Source: an uncultured Christensenellaceae bacterium
Lineage (GTDB): Bacteria > Bacillota > Clostridia > Christensenellales > UBA3700
Direction: 5' to 3'
Length of the DNA: 64,000 nt
NCBI GenBank assembly: GCA_944383905.1
Contig: CALWRI010000002.1
Coordinates: 36,913 to 100,912, forward strand
The position numbers were made by a program, and so were the translations under genes. The notes beneath the pieces are model-generated. The model had not been told where the DNA came from and made no database searches. It saw only the letters and a list, made by a program, of their open reading frames with translations. Each line of letters begins with the position of its first letter. The stretch's first letter is position 1. Of this stretch, positions 1 to 7,943 are shown piece by piece.

Positions 1-382
1 CTTCAAACACGGTCATGGGTCTTTGTCCCAGCTTTCCGCGCCCGCTAAAATGCGTGAAGCCGCCGTTGAGAGCCGCGCATACGGGAAGGCACATCCTCAA
101 CGTCGAGCCGCTCTCGTTGCAGAACGCCTCCGCGTCGCGGCATACGCCCCTCGTGCCCTCTATTTCGAGACAGCCGTCCTTTTCCTGCGCCTCTGCGCCC
201 ATTTCGCGCATCACGCCGAGAGTCGCCGACACGTCCTGACTGTACTGAACGCCTCTTATCCTGCTTTTTCCGTGCGCGAGCGCGGCGCAGATGATAGCTC
301 TGTGCGCCAGGCTCTTTGACGGCGGCACTTTGACTTTGCCGCAAAGCGTACTCTTTGAAAAAGTCAGGTCTTTAGCGTTCAT
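1..382 (-). CDS. aroA: 3-phosphoshikimate 1-carboxyvinyltransferase (EPSP synthase), N-terminal part; gene runs off the left edge
   Basis: Absent from the ORF track because it has no stop in the window. Manual translation from the ATG at 382 gives MNAKDLTFSKSTLCGKVKVPPSKSLAHRAIICAALAHGKSRIRG...GRGKLGQRPM. The PPSKS..HR and LGxRPM motifs are typical of EPSP synthase. The start overlaps the aroB stop by 11 nt. Confidence 0.85.
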   Translation of the reverse strand, partial: MNAKDLTFSKSTLCGKVKVPPSKSLAHRAIICAALAHGKSRIRGVQYSQDVSATLGVMREMGAEAQEKDGCLEIEGTRGVCRDAEAFCNESGSTLRMCLPVCAALNGGFTHFSGRGKLGQRPMTVFE

Positions 383-1424
383 CGGCAAAAAACTCCGCGT
401 TGGTCGGATAGAGATAGCTCTCCCCTATATCTTTGAGGAGAACGGTAACGAGTTTGTCTCCGAGATTTTTCTTGTCGTTTACCACTCCCGCGACGACTTC
501 TCTTTCGGGAGCGGGATCGGAAACGGGCAATCCGAAAAGTCTGCAAACGCTCTCTATCTTTTCCGCACAGCCCTTTTTCGTCAGTCCCTTTTCTTCCGCC
601 TTGCGCGTTATCACGCACATACCGACGGCGACCGCCATTCCGTGCGAGATCTTTTCGAAAGCGTAATATTTTTCGAGCGCGTGTCCGTATGTATGACCGA
701 AGTTGAGGATCATTCTCTCCCCTTTGTCCTTTTCGTCCTTTTCGACGACTTCGCGCTTTATGTCGCAGCAGCGGTATATGATTTCGTCCTGCTTATCGGG
801 AGCTATCCTGCCGCCTTTGCACGCGGAGAGCGCGTCGAATAGCGCCGCGTCCCTTATGCAGCCGTATTTTATCACTTCCGCCATGCCGTCCGAGTAGTAA
901 TAATCGGGCAACGTGTCGAGCGCGGTCGTATCTATGAGCACGACGTCGGGCTGATAGAACGCTCCGACGAGGTTTTTGCCCTGCGGAAGGTCTACCGCGA
1001 CCTTTCCGCCGATGCTGCTGTCTACCTGCGCAAGGAGAGAGGTCGGGATCTGCACAAAGCCTATGCCGCGCAGATAAGTCGCCGCGACGAAACCGCAGAG
1101 ATCCCCTATCACTCCGCCGCCGAGAGCGACGAGCGCGTCCTTTCTCGTGATCTTTTCTTCAAGCAATCTCGCGTAAACCGACGGCAGAACGTCGAACGAC
1201 TTTGTCTTTTCTCCGTGAGGAAGCACGATGACCGAAGTCTCGTAACCCGCTTTTTTCAAAGACGAGAGCACGTCGTCCGCGTACAGTTTCGCGACGTTTT
1301 CGTCCGTGACGACGCAGATCTTCTTCCCGTCGCAGGCAACGTAGTCCGCAACGTGAGAAAGAAGCCCTCTTTCGAATATTATGTCATAGCTGTCCAACCC
1401 GAGATCGACGTGAAGTTTGTGCAT
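372..1424 (-). CDS. aroB: 3-dehydroquinate synthase
   Basis: 350-aa ORF with GGGVIGDLCGFVAATYLRGI and HGMAVAVGM-type motifs. It lies between the DAHP synthase and aroA genes. Confidence 0.9.
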   Translation of the reverse strand: MHKLHVDLGLDSYDIIFERGLLSHVADYVACDGKKICVVTDENVAKLYADDVLSSLKKAGYETSVIVLPHGEKTKSFDVLPSVYARLLEEKITRKDALVALGGGVIGDLCGFVAATYLRGIGFVQIPTSLLAQVDSSIGGKVAVDLPQGKNLVGAFYQPDVVLIDTTALDTLPDYYYSDGMAEVIKYGCIRDAALFDALSACKGGRIAPDKQDEIIYRCCDIKREVVEKDEKDKGERMILNFGHTYGHALEKYYAFEKISHGMAVAVGMCVITRKAEEKGLTKKGCAEKIESVCRLFGLPVSDPAPEREVVAGVVNDKKNLGDKLVTVLLKDIGESYLYPTNAEFFADER

Positions 1425-1425
1425 T

Positions 1426-2439
1426 TTACACCTCTCTGCCGACTACCGAAGCGATCTGCTTTATCTGTCCGACGAGGTCGTCGAAGACGTCGGGCTTTAT
1501 CGACTGATTGCCGTCGCAGAGCGCGTGAGCCGGGTCGTTGTGGACCTCGACGATAAGTCCGTCCGCGCCGACCGCTATCGCCGCTCTCGCGAGAGGCTCC
1601 ACCATCCACCATTTGCCCGTTGCGTGAGAAGGATCCACGACTATGGGCAGGTGCGAAAGCTGTTTTACCGCGACGATCGCGCTGAGGTCGAGAGTGTTTC
1701 TCGTATAGGTCTCAAAAGTTCTGATACCTCTTTCGCAGAGAATTATCTGCTCGTTGCCGCCTGCCATTATGTATTCTGCGGACATGAGCCATTCCTCTAT
1801 CGTCGCGCTCAGACCGCGTTTGAGAAGAACGGGCTTTCTCGTCTGACCGAGAAGGCGGAGCAGATCGAAATTCTGCATATTTCTCGCGCCGACCTGGATC
1901 ACGTCCACGTCGCGCACGAATCTGTCAATGTCGAAAGGAGACATGATCTCCGTGACTATCGGAAGTCCCGTGACTTCTCTCGCCTCTTTGAGAAGTTCGA
2001 GCCCCTGATATTTGAGTCCCTGGAACGCATACGGAGAAGTACGCGGCTTGAACGCGCCTCCGCGCAGGAAGTTTGCGCCCGAAGCCTTGACCGCCTTTGC
2101 GACCTCGACTATCTGCGCCTCGCTTTCGACGGAACAAGGGCCCGCCATAAGCGCAAGTTTTTTGCCGCCTATCTTCGTGCCGTTGACGTCAACTATCGTC
2201 GGCTCCGGATGGAACATCTTGTTCGCCTTTTTGAACGGCTCCGCAACGTGCATGACCTTTTCGACGTTGTGGTTAGCCTCTATCTGCGTCGGGTCTATCT
2301 TGCTGGTATCGCCGACGAGACCGAGTATTATCAGATCCTGACCGAAGACGGGGTTGACCTGAACGCCGTAACCGGTAATTTTATCGATAAGACTGTCGAC
2401 CTCGTTTTTCGGGGTATTTGGTTTGAGAATAACTATCAT
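1426..2439 (-). CDS. aroF: 3-deoxy-7-phosphoheptulonate (DAHP) synthase, type I-beta with an N-terminal regulatory domain
   Basis: 337-aa ORF. The catalytic part contains MAGPCSVES...FLRGGAFKPRTSPYAFQGL, preceded by a ~70-aa ferredoxin-like domain. Its stop is 1 nt from the aroB start. Confidence 0.9.
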   Translation of the reverse strand: MIVILKPNTPKNEVDSLIDKITGYGVQVNPVFGQDLIILGLVGDTSKIDPTQIEANHNVEKVMHVAEPFKKANKMFHPEPTIVDVNGTKIGGKKLALMAGPCSVESEAQIVEVAKAVKASGANFLRGGAFKPRTSPYAFQGLKYQGLELLKEAREVTGLPIVTEIMSPFDIDRFVRDVDVIQVGARNMQNFDLLRLLGQTRKPVLLKRGLSATIEEWLMSAEYIMAGGNEQIILCERGIRTFETYTRNTLDLSAIVAVKQLSHLPIVVDPSHATGKWWMVEPLARAAIAVGADGLIVEVHNDPAHALCDGNQSIKPDVFDDLVGQIKQIASVVGREV

Positions 2440-2472
2440 GGTTTTACCTCTGGTAAAAATATTATCTTTTAC

Positions 2473-2501
2473 ATTTTACACTAACGCGCGCAAATAATCA
2501 A
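2473..2501 (-). promoter_or_regulatory. sigma-A-like promoter for the DAHP synthase-aroB-aroA operon
   Basis: On the minus strand: TTGATT, a 17-nt spacer, then TAAAAT preceded by TG. It lies about 35 nt upstream of the ATG at 2439. Confidence 0.55.
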
Positions 2502-3080
2502 GAATACGGATATATTTCTTGTCGTTTTTTGACGGGTAAAAGACACGAAGCCCCCGCCGTGAACGGATAATCCTCATACGCTTATTTCTCACGTCGTGAT
2601 TAATTGCCGTTTGTTAAGCAATACCTTACTCTCGACACTTTCAACAGCAATCTTCTTTTTATCCGACCCGTCTCGTCAATACCCGTAGCATTTGCGGGCT
2701 TCGGGCGACCTTTCGTCTTTACCTTGTCAAAAAACGCTTCGCCCTTTCCTCTACACGGTTTCACCTCCTTGATCGGATGAAAAAAGACAACCCGTATGAG
2801 TTGCCTTTTGAAACACATTGCAAATATTTGTCTCCTGAAAAAATTTCTTTCTCGCAATATTACTCCCTTCGTCGCAAACAAGATTGACCGCTTCCGCATA
2901 ATATCCCTCTGCCCTGTCCTTTTATTTGTCGGGTCAGTCACGCACTCTTAATCCTTGTCTTTACGTCACGACAACAAACAGAACGTGACGTTTCTTTTTA
3001 ACAAAATCAGAGCGATTTGCCTTTTTACATATCCCGTTAATCTGATACGATAAACGCAAATTGCAAAAAAAGGTGCGTAA

Positions 3081-3211
3081 GAGCGTTTCAGGTCCGAAAG
3101 AAAAAAACGCTTCCTGTCAAGTACCTCTCTCCCCGCAAAACAATTGCCGCAAAGGACGGGAACGAGCGCGACCGTGAGCGAGCGTTTCAAGTCCGAACGA
3201 GAAAAAAACGC
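3081..3211. repeat. two copies of a ~31-nt direct repeat (3081-3110 and 3180-3211)
   Basis: GAGCGTTTCAGGTCCGAAAGAAAAAAACGC versus GAGCGTTTCAAGTCCGAACGAGAAAAAAACGC. Each copy can fold through GCGTTT...AAACGC. Confidence 0.8.
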
Positions 3212-3238
3212 GGGGCAATACTCTTTTGTATTGTCCCG
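3202..3238 (-). terminator. rho-independent terminator of leuA
   Basis: On the minus strand: CGGGACAATAC-aaaaga-GTATTGCCCCG followed by CGTTTTTTT, about 50 nt downstream of the leuA stop. Confidence 0.75.
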
Positions 3239-3288
3239 TGGTTTTGACAATGTTCAGGCTTGAAAAAGCCGTTCACAGTCCGTGAGTT

Positions 3289-4965
3289 TCAGTTCTTTGC
3301 GGCAGAAGTATACTTGAGCATCTTGTTTATCGCGCTGACGAGCGCGGAAACCGACGCAGCGATGATGTCGTTGTGGATGCCCACGCCCCAGACCTTCTTG
3401 TCGCCGTACTGCACGCAGACGTAAGCGACTGCCTGCGACCTGGACGTCGTGGTGAGCGCGTGCTCGTGATACTCCGCGATCGTATAGTCCTGCGTGACTA
3501 TGTTGCGCAAAGCGTTGTTGACCGCGTCGAGTCTGCCGTTGCCTATGCCCGACAGCTCCCTGATCTTGCCCTCGTAATCCACCGTTATCACTGTGTGGAT
3601 GTCGCCCTTTTGCTGATAGTGGTGCTCGTACAGCTTTATCGGCTCGACGATATTGATGTAGTTTTTCTCAAAGATATCCATCAATTCGTCGGGTTTGAGC
3701 TCCTTGTGAGCGTGATCGCTGACCGACTTGACGAGATAGCCGAAAGACTCCCTCATATTCTGCGGCAGTACGAATCCGAACGAATTTTCAAGCAGATACG
3801 CGACGCCGCCCTTGCCCGACTGGCTGTTGATGCGGATGACGTCCGCCTCGTAAACTCTGCCGACGTCGTGCGGGTCTATCGGGAGATAAGGCACGTCCCA
3901 TATCTCTTTTTTGTTCGCCTTGCGGTAGTTCATACCCTTTGCGATAGCGTCCTGGTGCGAACCGCTGAACGCGGCGAAAACGAGTCTTCCTCCGTACGGC
4001 TGACGGTCGCTGACGTGGAGTCCCGTCGCCTTTTCGTAAGCCTCGCATACCGCGGGCATATCCGAAAAATCCAGTCCCGGGTCAACGCCCTGCATATACA
4101 TATTCATCGCGACGGTCACGATGTCCGCGTTGCCCGTGCGCTCGCCGTTGCCGAAAAGCGTGCCTTCTATTCTGTCCGCTCCCGCAAGCAGCCCGAGTTC
4201 GCAGTCCGCAACCGCGCAGCCTCTGTCATTGTGCGGATGCAACGATATGAGTACGTTTTCTCTGTCGTGCAGGTTCTTGGACATGAATTCTATCTGTTGA
4301 GCGTAAACGTGAGGCGAACTCATCTCGACGGTTGCCGGAAGGTTGATAATGACCTTTTTGTCCGCAGTCGGCTTCCATACGTCAATGACCGCGTTGCAGA
4401 TCTCGAGCGCAAATTCGGGTTCCGTACCCGTAAAACTTTCGGGCGAATACTCAAACAGGAAGTTGCCCTCCGTCTTCTCTGCATATTCGACGAGAAGTTT
4501 TGCGCCGGTGACGGCGATCTCGACAATCTTATCCTTCGGTTTTTTGAAGACCTGTTCTCTCTGCGCGACCGACGTGGAGTTGTAAAGGTGCACGATAGCC
4601 CTTTTCGCGCCTTTGAGCGCGTCGAAAGTCTTTGCGATAATGTGTTCTCTCGACTGCGTGAGCACCTGAATGGTGACGTCGTCGGGGATAAGATTTTTCT
4701 CTATGAGAGCGCGCAGAAATTCGTATTCCGTCTCGCTCGCGGCGGGAAATCCCACCTCTATTTCCTTGAAGCCTATTTTGCAAAGGAAAGTGAAAAATTC
4801 CAGCTTCTGGTCGAGGCTCATCGGTACGACGAGCGCCTGGTTTCCGTCGCGCAAATCGACGCTGCACCACACGGGAGCCTTGTCGATGCTGTCCTTTCTG
4901 ACCCAATCGTTGCACTCCTCGGGCGGCATAAAGTAACCTTTGCGGTACTTCTCAAAATTTTTCAT
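3289..4965 (-). CDS. leuA: 2-isopropylmalate synthase (long LeuA type)
   Basis: 558-aa ORF containing PVWCSVDLRDGNQALVVPM, HPHNDRGCAVA and a C-terminal LeuA dimerisation/regulatory domain. The RBS is GGAGGG. Confidence 0.9.
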   Translation of the reverse strand: MKNFEKYRKGYFMPPEECNDWVRKDSIDKAPVWCSVDLRDGNQALVVPMSLDQKLEFFTFLCKIGFKEIEVGFPAASETEYEFLRALIEKNLIPDDVTIQVLTQSREHIIAKTFDALKGAKRAIVHLYNSTSVAQREQVFKKPKDKIVEIAVTGAKLLVEYAEKTEGNFLFEYSPESFTGTEPEFALEICNAVIDVWKPTADKKVIINLPATVEMSSPHVYAQQIEFMSKNLHDRENVLISLHPHNDRGCAVADCELGLLAGADRIEGTLFGNGERTGNADIVTVAMNMYMQGVDPGLDFSDMPAVCEAYEKATGLHVSDRQPYGGRLVFAAFSGSHQDAIAKGMNYRKANKKEIWDVPYLPIDPHDVGRVYEADVIRINSQSGKGGVAYLLENSFGFVLPQNMRESFGYLVKSVSDHAHKELKPDELMDIFEKNYINIVEPIKLYEHHYQQKGDIHTVITVDYEGKIRELSGIGNGRLDAVNNALRNIVTQDYTIAEYHEHALTTTSRSQAVAYVCVQYGDKKVWGVGIHNDIIAASVSALVSAINKMLKYTSAAKN

Positions 4966-4974
4966 ATACCCTCC

Positions 4975-5250
4975 GATAAAAAATTACAGCCGTCGTCTTT
5001 AAGAGACGAAGGCTGCGTTTCGTGGTACCACTCTTATTCGATTTCTCCCCGCCTCGCGGCTACGGCTTGCGCCTCAAGGGGAAATATCCTCTTTTCGCTG
5101 TAACGGGCTACTCCCGGCAGAGCTGACTGTTCACTCTGCGGACTCCGAGGCGAGTTCGTCCGTCGTGGCGTCCGCTTTTCACCTGCCGCGGCTCTCTGTG
5201 CACCCGTACACGACTAATATTCCTCTTCTTTGTCCGAAAAATATTGTGAT
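4975..5250 (-). promoter_or_regulatory. T-box leader riboswitch (probable Leu specifier CUC) controlling leuA
   Basis: The minus-strand transcript contains an AGAGAG bulge, GAACUCG (CUC at 5152-5154), an F-box CCGTTA and the T-box AAGAGTGGTACCACG (5021-5032). A 12-bp terminator stem (4987-5015) follows, then TAATTTTTT just before the leuA RBS. Confidence 0.85.
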
Positions 5251-5257
5251 TGTTTCT

Positions 5258-5286
5258 ATCATATTGTATTTTACAGTGTCTGTCAA
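5258..5286 (-). promoter_or_regulatory. sigma-A-like promoter of the T-box/leuA transcript
   Basis: On the minus strand: TTGACA, a 17-nt spacer, then TATGAT. Confidence 0.6.
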
Positions 5287-5381
5287 GCGTTTTTTGAAAA
5301 TCCGCTCCCGACAGACGGCTTACGGGCGCCGCAAAACGTGCGTTTCCACCCCTTTTCAGACGATATGTCCGCCCCCTTGCG

Positions 5382-5981
5382 TCAGAGCGACATGAGCGCG
5401 TCGAGCAGACTGTCCATCGCGACGTCCGCAACGTCCGCCGTCGTGTTGAGGTGGCGGTAAAGCTCTCTGAACTTGAATATCTCGTGTATCTCCGAAGTGT
5501 CGAAAAGCCTTGCGAGCGCTTTGTAGTAAGCCGCGCCCACCTTGTTTTCGAGGCTTTTGACCTTTATCGCCTCGTCTCTTGCTATGCTCTTGTGCTTTTC
5601 CATGTTCGTAACGGCTTTGGTGATATGCTGGGTGATGTCGAGAAGAATAGAGACCATCTTCACCATATCTTCGTTGGGCTTCACATTGAAGAGTCTCGTC
5701 TCGTCGACAGTCGTCTTCGCATAGTCGAGTATCTCGTCGAGCTGTCTCGAAAGATCGAATATGTCGTTTCTTTCCATCGGCGTTATAAATGTCTTGTTGA
5801 GCTCGTCGATCAGCACTCTCCTGACCATGTCCCCTTCGTCTTCGATCGCAATGACGCTGTCTCCGAACTTATCGTCGCCCGTCGTGCAGTAATCGTAAAG
5901 AGCCTGCATACCGCGCACCATCGCGTCGCACTGCTTGCCGAGAAGCTCGAAAAAATTCGTCTTTTTCTTGAATAATGCCAT
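5382..5981 (-). CDS. DUF47-family (PhoU-like) protein associated with the phosphate transporter
   Basis: 199-aa helical ORF. Its N-terminus (MALFKKKTNFFELLGKQ) matches the DUF47 family as I recall it. RBS is GGGAGG. It lies immediately downstream of the PiT gene. Confidence 0.8.
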   Translation of the reverse strand: MALFKKKTNFFELLGKQCDAMVRGMQALYDYCTTGDDKFGDSVIAIEDEGDMVRRVLIDELNKTFITPMERNDIFDLSRQLDEILDYAKTTVDETRLFNVKPNEDMVKMVSILLDITQHITKAVTNMEKHKSIARDEAIKVKSLENKVGAAYYKALARLFDTSEIHEIFKFRELYRHLNTTADVADVAMDSLLDALMSL

Positions 5982-5996
5982 AATTTCCTCCCTGTA

Positions 5997-7028
5997 TTAC
6001 CGTACGATTATCAATTTGAGAATAAGTGCGACGAAAGCGCCGACGCACGCCGCGACGGGGAACGTGAGCATCCAGCTCGTAAAGATCTTTTTCGCCCTTC
6101 CCCAGCGCACCGCGCTGACTCTTTCCGCAATACCGACGCCGATAATGCTCGACGAAACGACCTGTCCCGTGCTTATCGGTATGCCCGCAAACGAGCAAGT
6201 GAGAGCAACCGTTTCAGTCGCCACCTGCGCGGTAAACGACTGCATCGTACCCACTCTGTATATTTTTTTGCCGACGGCATATATCAGTCTGTATCCGCCG
6301 AACACGATGCCCGCCATTATCGCGACGGAAATGAGCGCGACTATCAGAAAATCGAATTGGTACGTCTCAATGTCCACGCCCTTGCATACGGCGAGCGTGA
6401 GCAGGTATATGCCCATCGTCTTCTGCACGTTGTTTATAGAAATGGACGTGCTCATTATCACGACGTTGACGACCTGTGCGACGCGGAAATACTTTTTCAC
6501 GCTCCTGTCGAGATAGACGCATACCGCCCTTGTTATCTTGTTGAGCAAAAAGCCGACCGTCATGCACAAAAGCGGAGTGAGAAAGACCATGAGGATGACC
6601 TTGAGACCGACCGCCGACCAGTTTACGCTCTGAAATCCGAAACAGGCTATCGCCGCGCCGACGAGCCCGCCGAGCAACGTGTGAGACGTGCTGTTGGGAA
6701 CGGATACGAGGACGCAGATCACCGACCAGATGAGAGCGGCTATCATCGTGGAAAGCATAAACACAAAGCCCGCTTTGGGATCCACGCTTTCGAGCGTCTC
6801 GCTGTACACGAGACTGCCGACCGTCCTCGCGACGCTGTCGCTTTTGAGAAAATAGCAGATGACTATGGGAGCAACGAGCATTACAACACCCGCAATGATG
6901 AGCGCGTATCTTGCTTTTATGGCACGGGTAGCCACACAGGTCGCGACGGCATTTGCCCCGTCGGAGAAACCCATGTAAAACGTATATAACATCGCAAAGA
7001 TCATCACAACGATTATGTACGCGTCCAT
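5997..7028 (-). CDS. inorganic phosphate transporter, PiT family
   Basis: Polytopic membrane ORF with GFSDGANAVAT and GIPISTGQVVSSSIIGVG motifs. I start it at MDAYIIVV (7028) rather than at the track start of 7094. Confidence 0.85.
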   Translation of the reverse strand: MDAYIIVVMIFAMLYTFYMGFSDGANAVATCVATRAIKARYALIIAGVVMLVAPIVICYFLKSDSVARTVGSLVYSETLESVDPKAGFVFMLSTMIAALIWSVICVLVSVPNSTSHTLLGGLVGAAIACFGFQSVNWSAVGLKVILMVFLTPLLCMTVGFLLNKITRAVCVYLDRSVKKYFRVAQVVNVVIMSTSISINNVQKTMGIYLLTLAVCKGVDIETYQFDFLIVALISVAIMAGIVFGGYRLIYAVGKKIYRVGTMQSFTAQVATETVALTCSFAGIPISTGQVVSSSIIGVGIAERVSAVRWGRAKKIFTSWMLTFPVAACVGAFVALILKLIIVR

Positions 7029-7062
7029 ATTTTCCGTCCCGCTTTTATCTTTTGACGCATTG

Positions 7063-7091
7063 ATTATACAATAAAAAACGATAAGATTCAA
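7063..7091 (-). promoter_or_regulatory. sigma-A-like promoter of the PiT-DUF47 operon
   Basis: On the minus strand: TTGAAT, a 17-nt spacer, then TATAAT. It lies about 35 nt upstream of the ATG at 7028. Confidence 0.55.
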
Positions 7092-7255
7092 CACCGTAAA
7101 CCCGTGCGTCGCCGTAAATATATTATATTATATTGCCGCAGCGCATCAAATACAATGCAAAATAACAATTATTTTATGGATTTTTCGGCGCAATGATTTT
7201 GTCGCGTTTTTAGACAAAGCGAATATTTGTCACCGTTGTCGTTAATTATTATTAC

Positions 7256-7277
7256 TTAATAATAATTGATAATAATT
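7256..7277 (+). repeat. 22-nt AT-rich element TTAATAATAATTGATAATAATT, identical to the reverse complement of 36341-36362
   Basis: Exact identity read by eye. It is embedded in tandem 10-mers (AATAATTGAT x2 at 7261-7280) with AATT phased every ~10 bp. Confidence 0.8.
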
Positions 7278-7601
7278 GATAATTAGATTACAGACGGCAA
7301 ATAATACGATTATTTTTTCGCACAAAGCGGCAAAATACAAACGACTCAACTTCATACAAACAAGCATATTTCGGTGTGAATACGCAGTGCACCACACCCT
7401 GTTTCCGAGCCCCTTGCTTCGCTCTGTTTGCATCTCTCGCAATCGGGATAAGTCGCCCCGAAGGGTGCTCACTTTGACAAAAAACTTTTAATTTCCTCGA
7501 TCGGGTCGGTGAATAACGAAACGGGACCCCTCGTGCGTGACTTGTATGTTAAAGACATTTTGCCCTCGTCTTCGCCTTGCGGACTTTTCAATGCAATCGC
7601 G

Positions 7602-7628
7602 AAAAAAACCGCAAGAAAATACCTTGCT
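7602..7628 (-). terminator. orphan terminator-like hairpin inside a gene-free gap
   Basis: On the minus strand: GCAAG-gtatttt-CTTGC, then GG and T7. No gene upstream of it can be assigned. Confidence 0.4.
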
Positions 7629-7895
7629 CGTTCAAAAAACTTTTTACTCTCGAGCCCTCTCTACTCACGTTGTCTTTGCCTCACGGCTTCATCTGCAAGG
7701 TTCGCTCTCTTTTGACCGAATCTTCGCGCTGTTTCTGCTATTTTCCGTCTTCCCGCGCCGACTTGCCGTCGCAACGTGCGACTCATCTTTTGCCGGTTCT
7801 TCCCCTGCGCTCCTCCGTCGACATTTTCTTTTTTACCTTTCACGCTCAACATCGACGTTTTCCGTTTCTTCTCTCGGCTTTCGTGGTTTGATTGC

Positions 7896-7924
7896 AAAAA
7901 AAAGGCTCCGCCGTCTGCGGAGCC
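7896..7924 (-). terminator. rho-independent terminator of the TrpB-like gene
   Basis: On the minus strand: GGCTCCGC-agacg-GCGGAGCC followed by T8, 20 nt downstream of the stop at 7944. Confidence 0.8.
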
Positions 7925-7943
7925 TTGAACTCTTATTATTTGA

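Noticed and set aside
2620-2635. Short strings shared by the two large gaps: TCGAGAGTAA and AAGGTATT on the minus strand at 2620-2635 and 7618-7653.
   Set aside because: Comparing two regions of 700-800 bp in both orientations is expected to give roughly one shared 10-mer by chance. I could not extend the match into an alignment by eye.
2600-3250. ORFs 2600-2941 (113 aa) and 2966-3250 (94 aa) in the leuA/aroF gap.
   Set aside because: Both are basic and low-complexity with no credible SD. The second one merely translates the 31-nt direct repeat twice (FFSRSDLKRS and FFLSDLKRS). I treat the region as non-coding.
7241-7290. Tandem 10-nt AT-rich units here and at 36341-36380, considered as a possible CRISPR array or minisatellite.
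   Set aside because: The units are contiguous with no spacers, there are only 2-4 copies, and no cas genes are present. This is not a CRISPR array, so it is reported as a phased AT-rich element instead.
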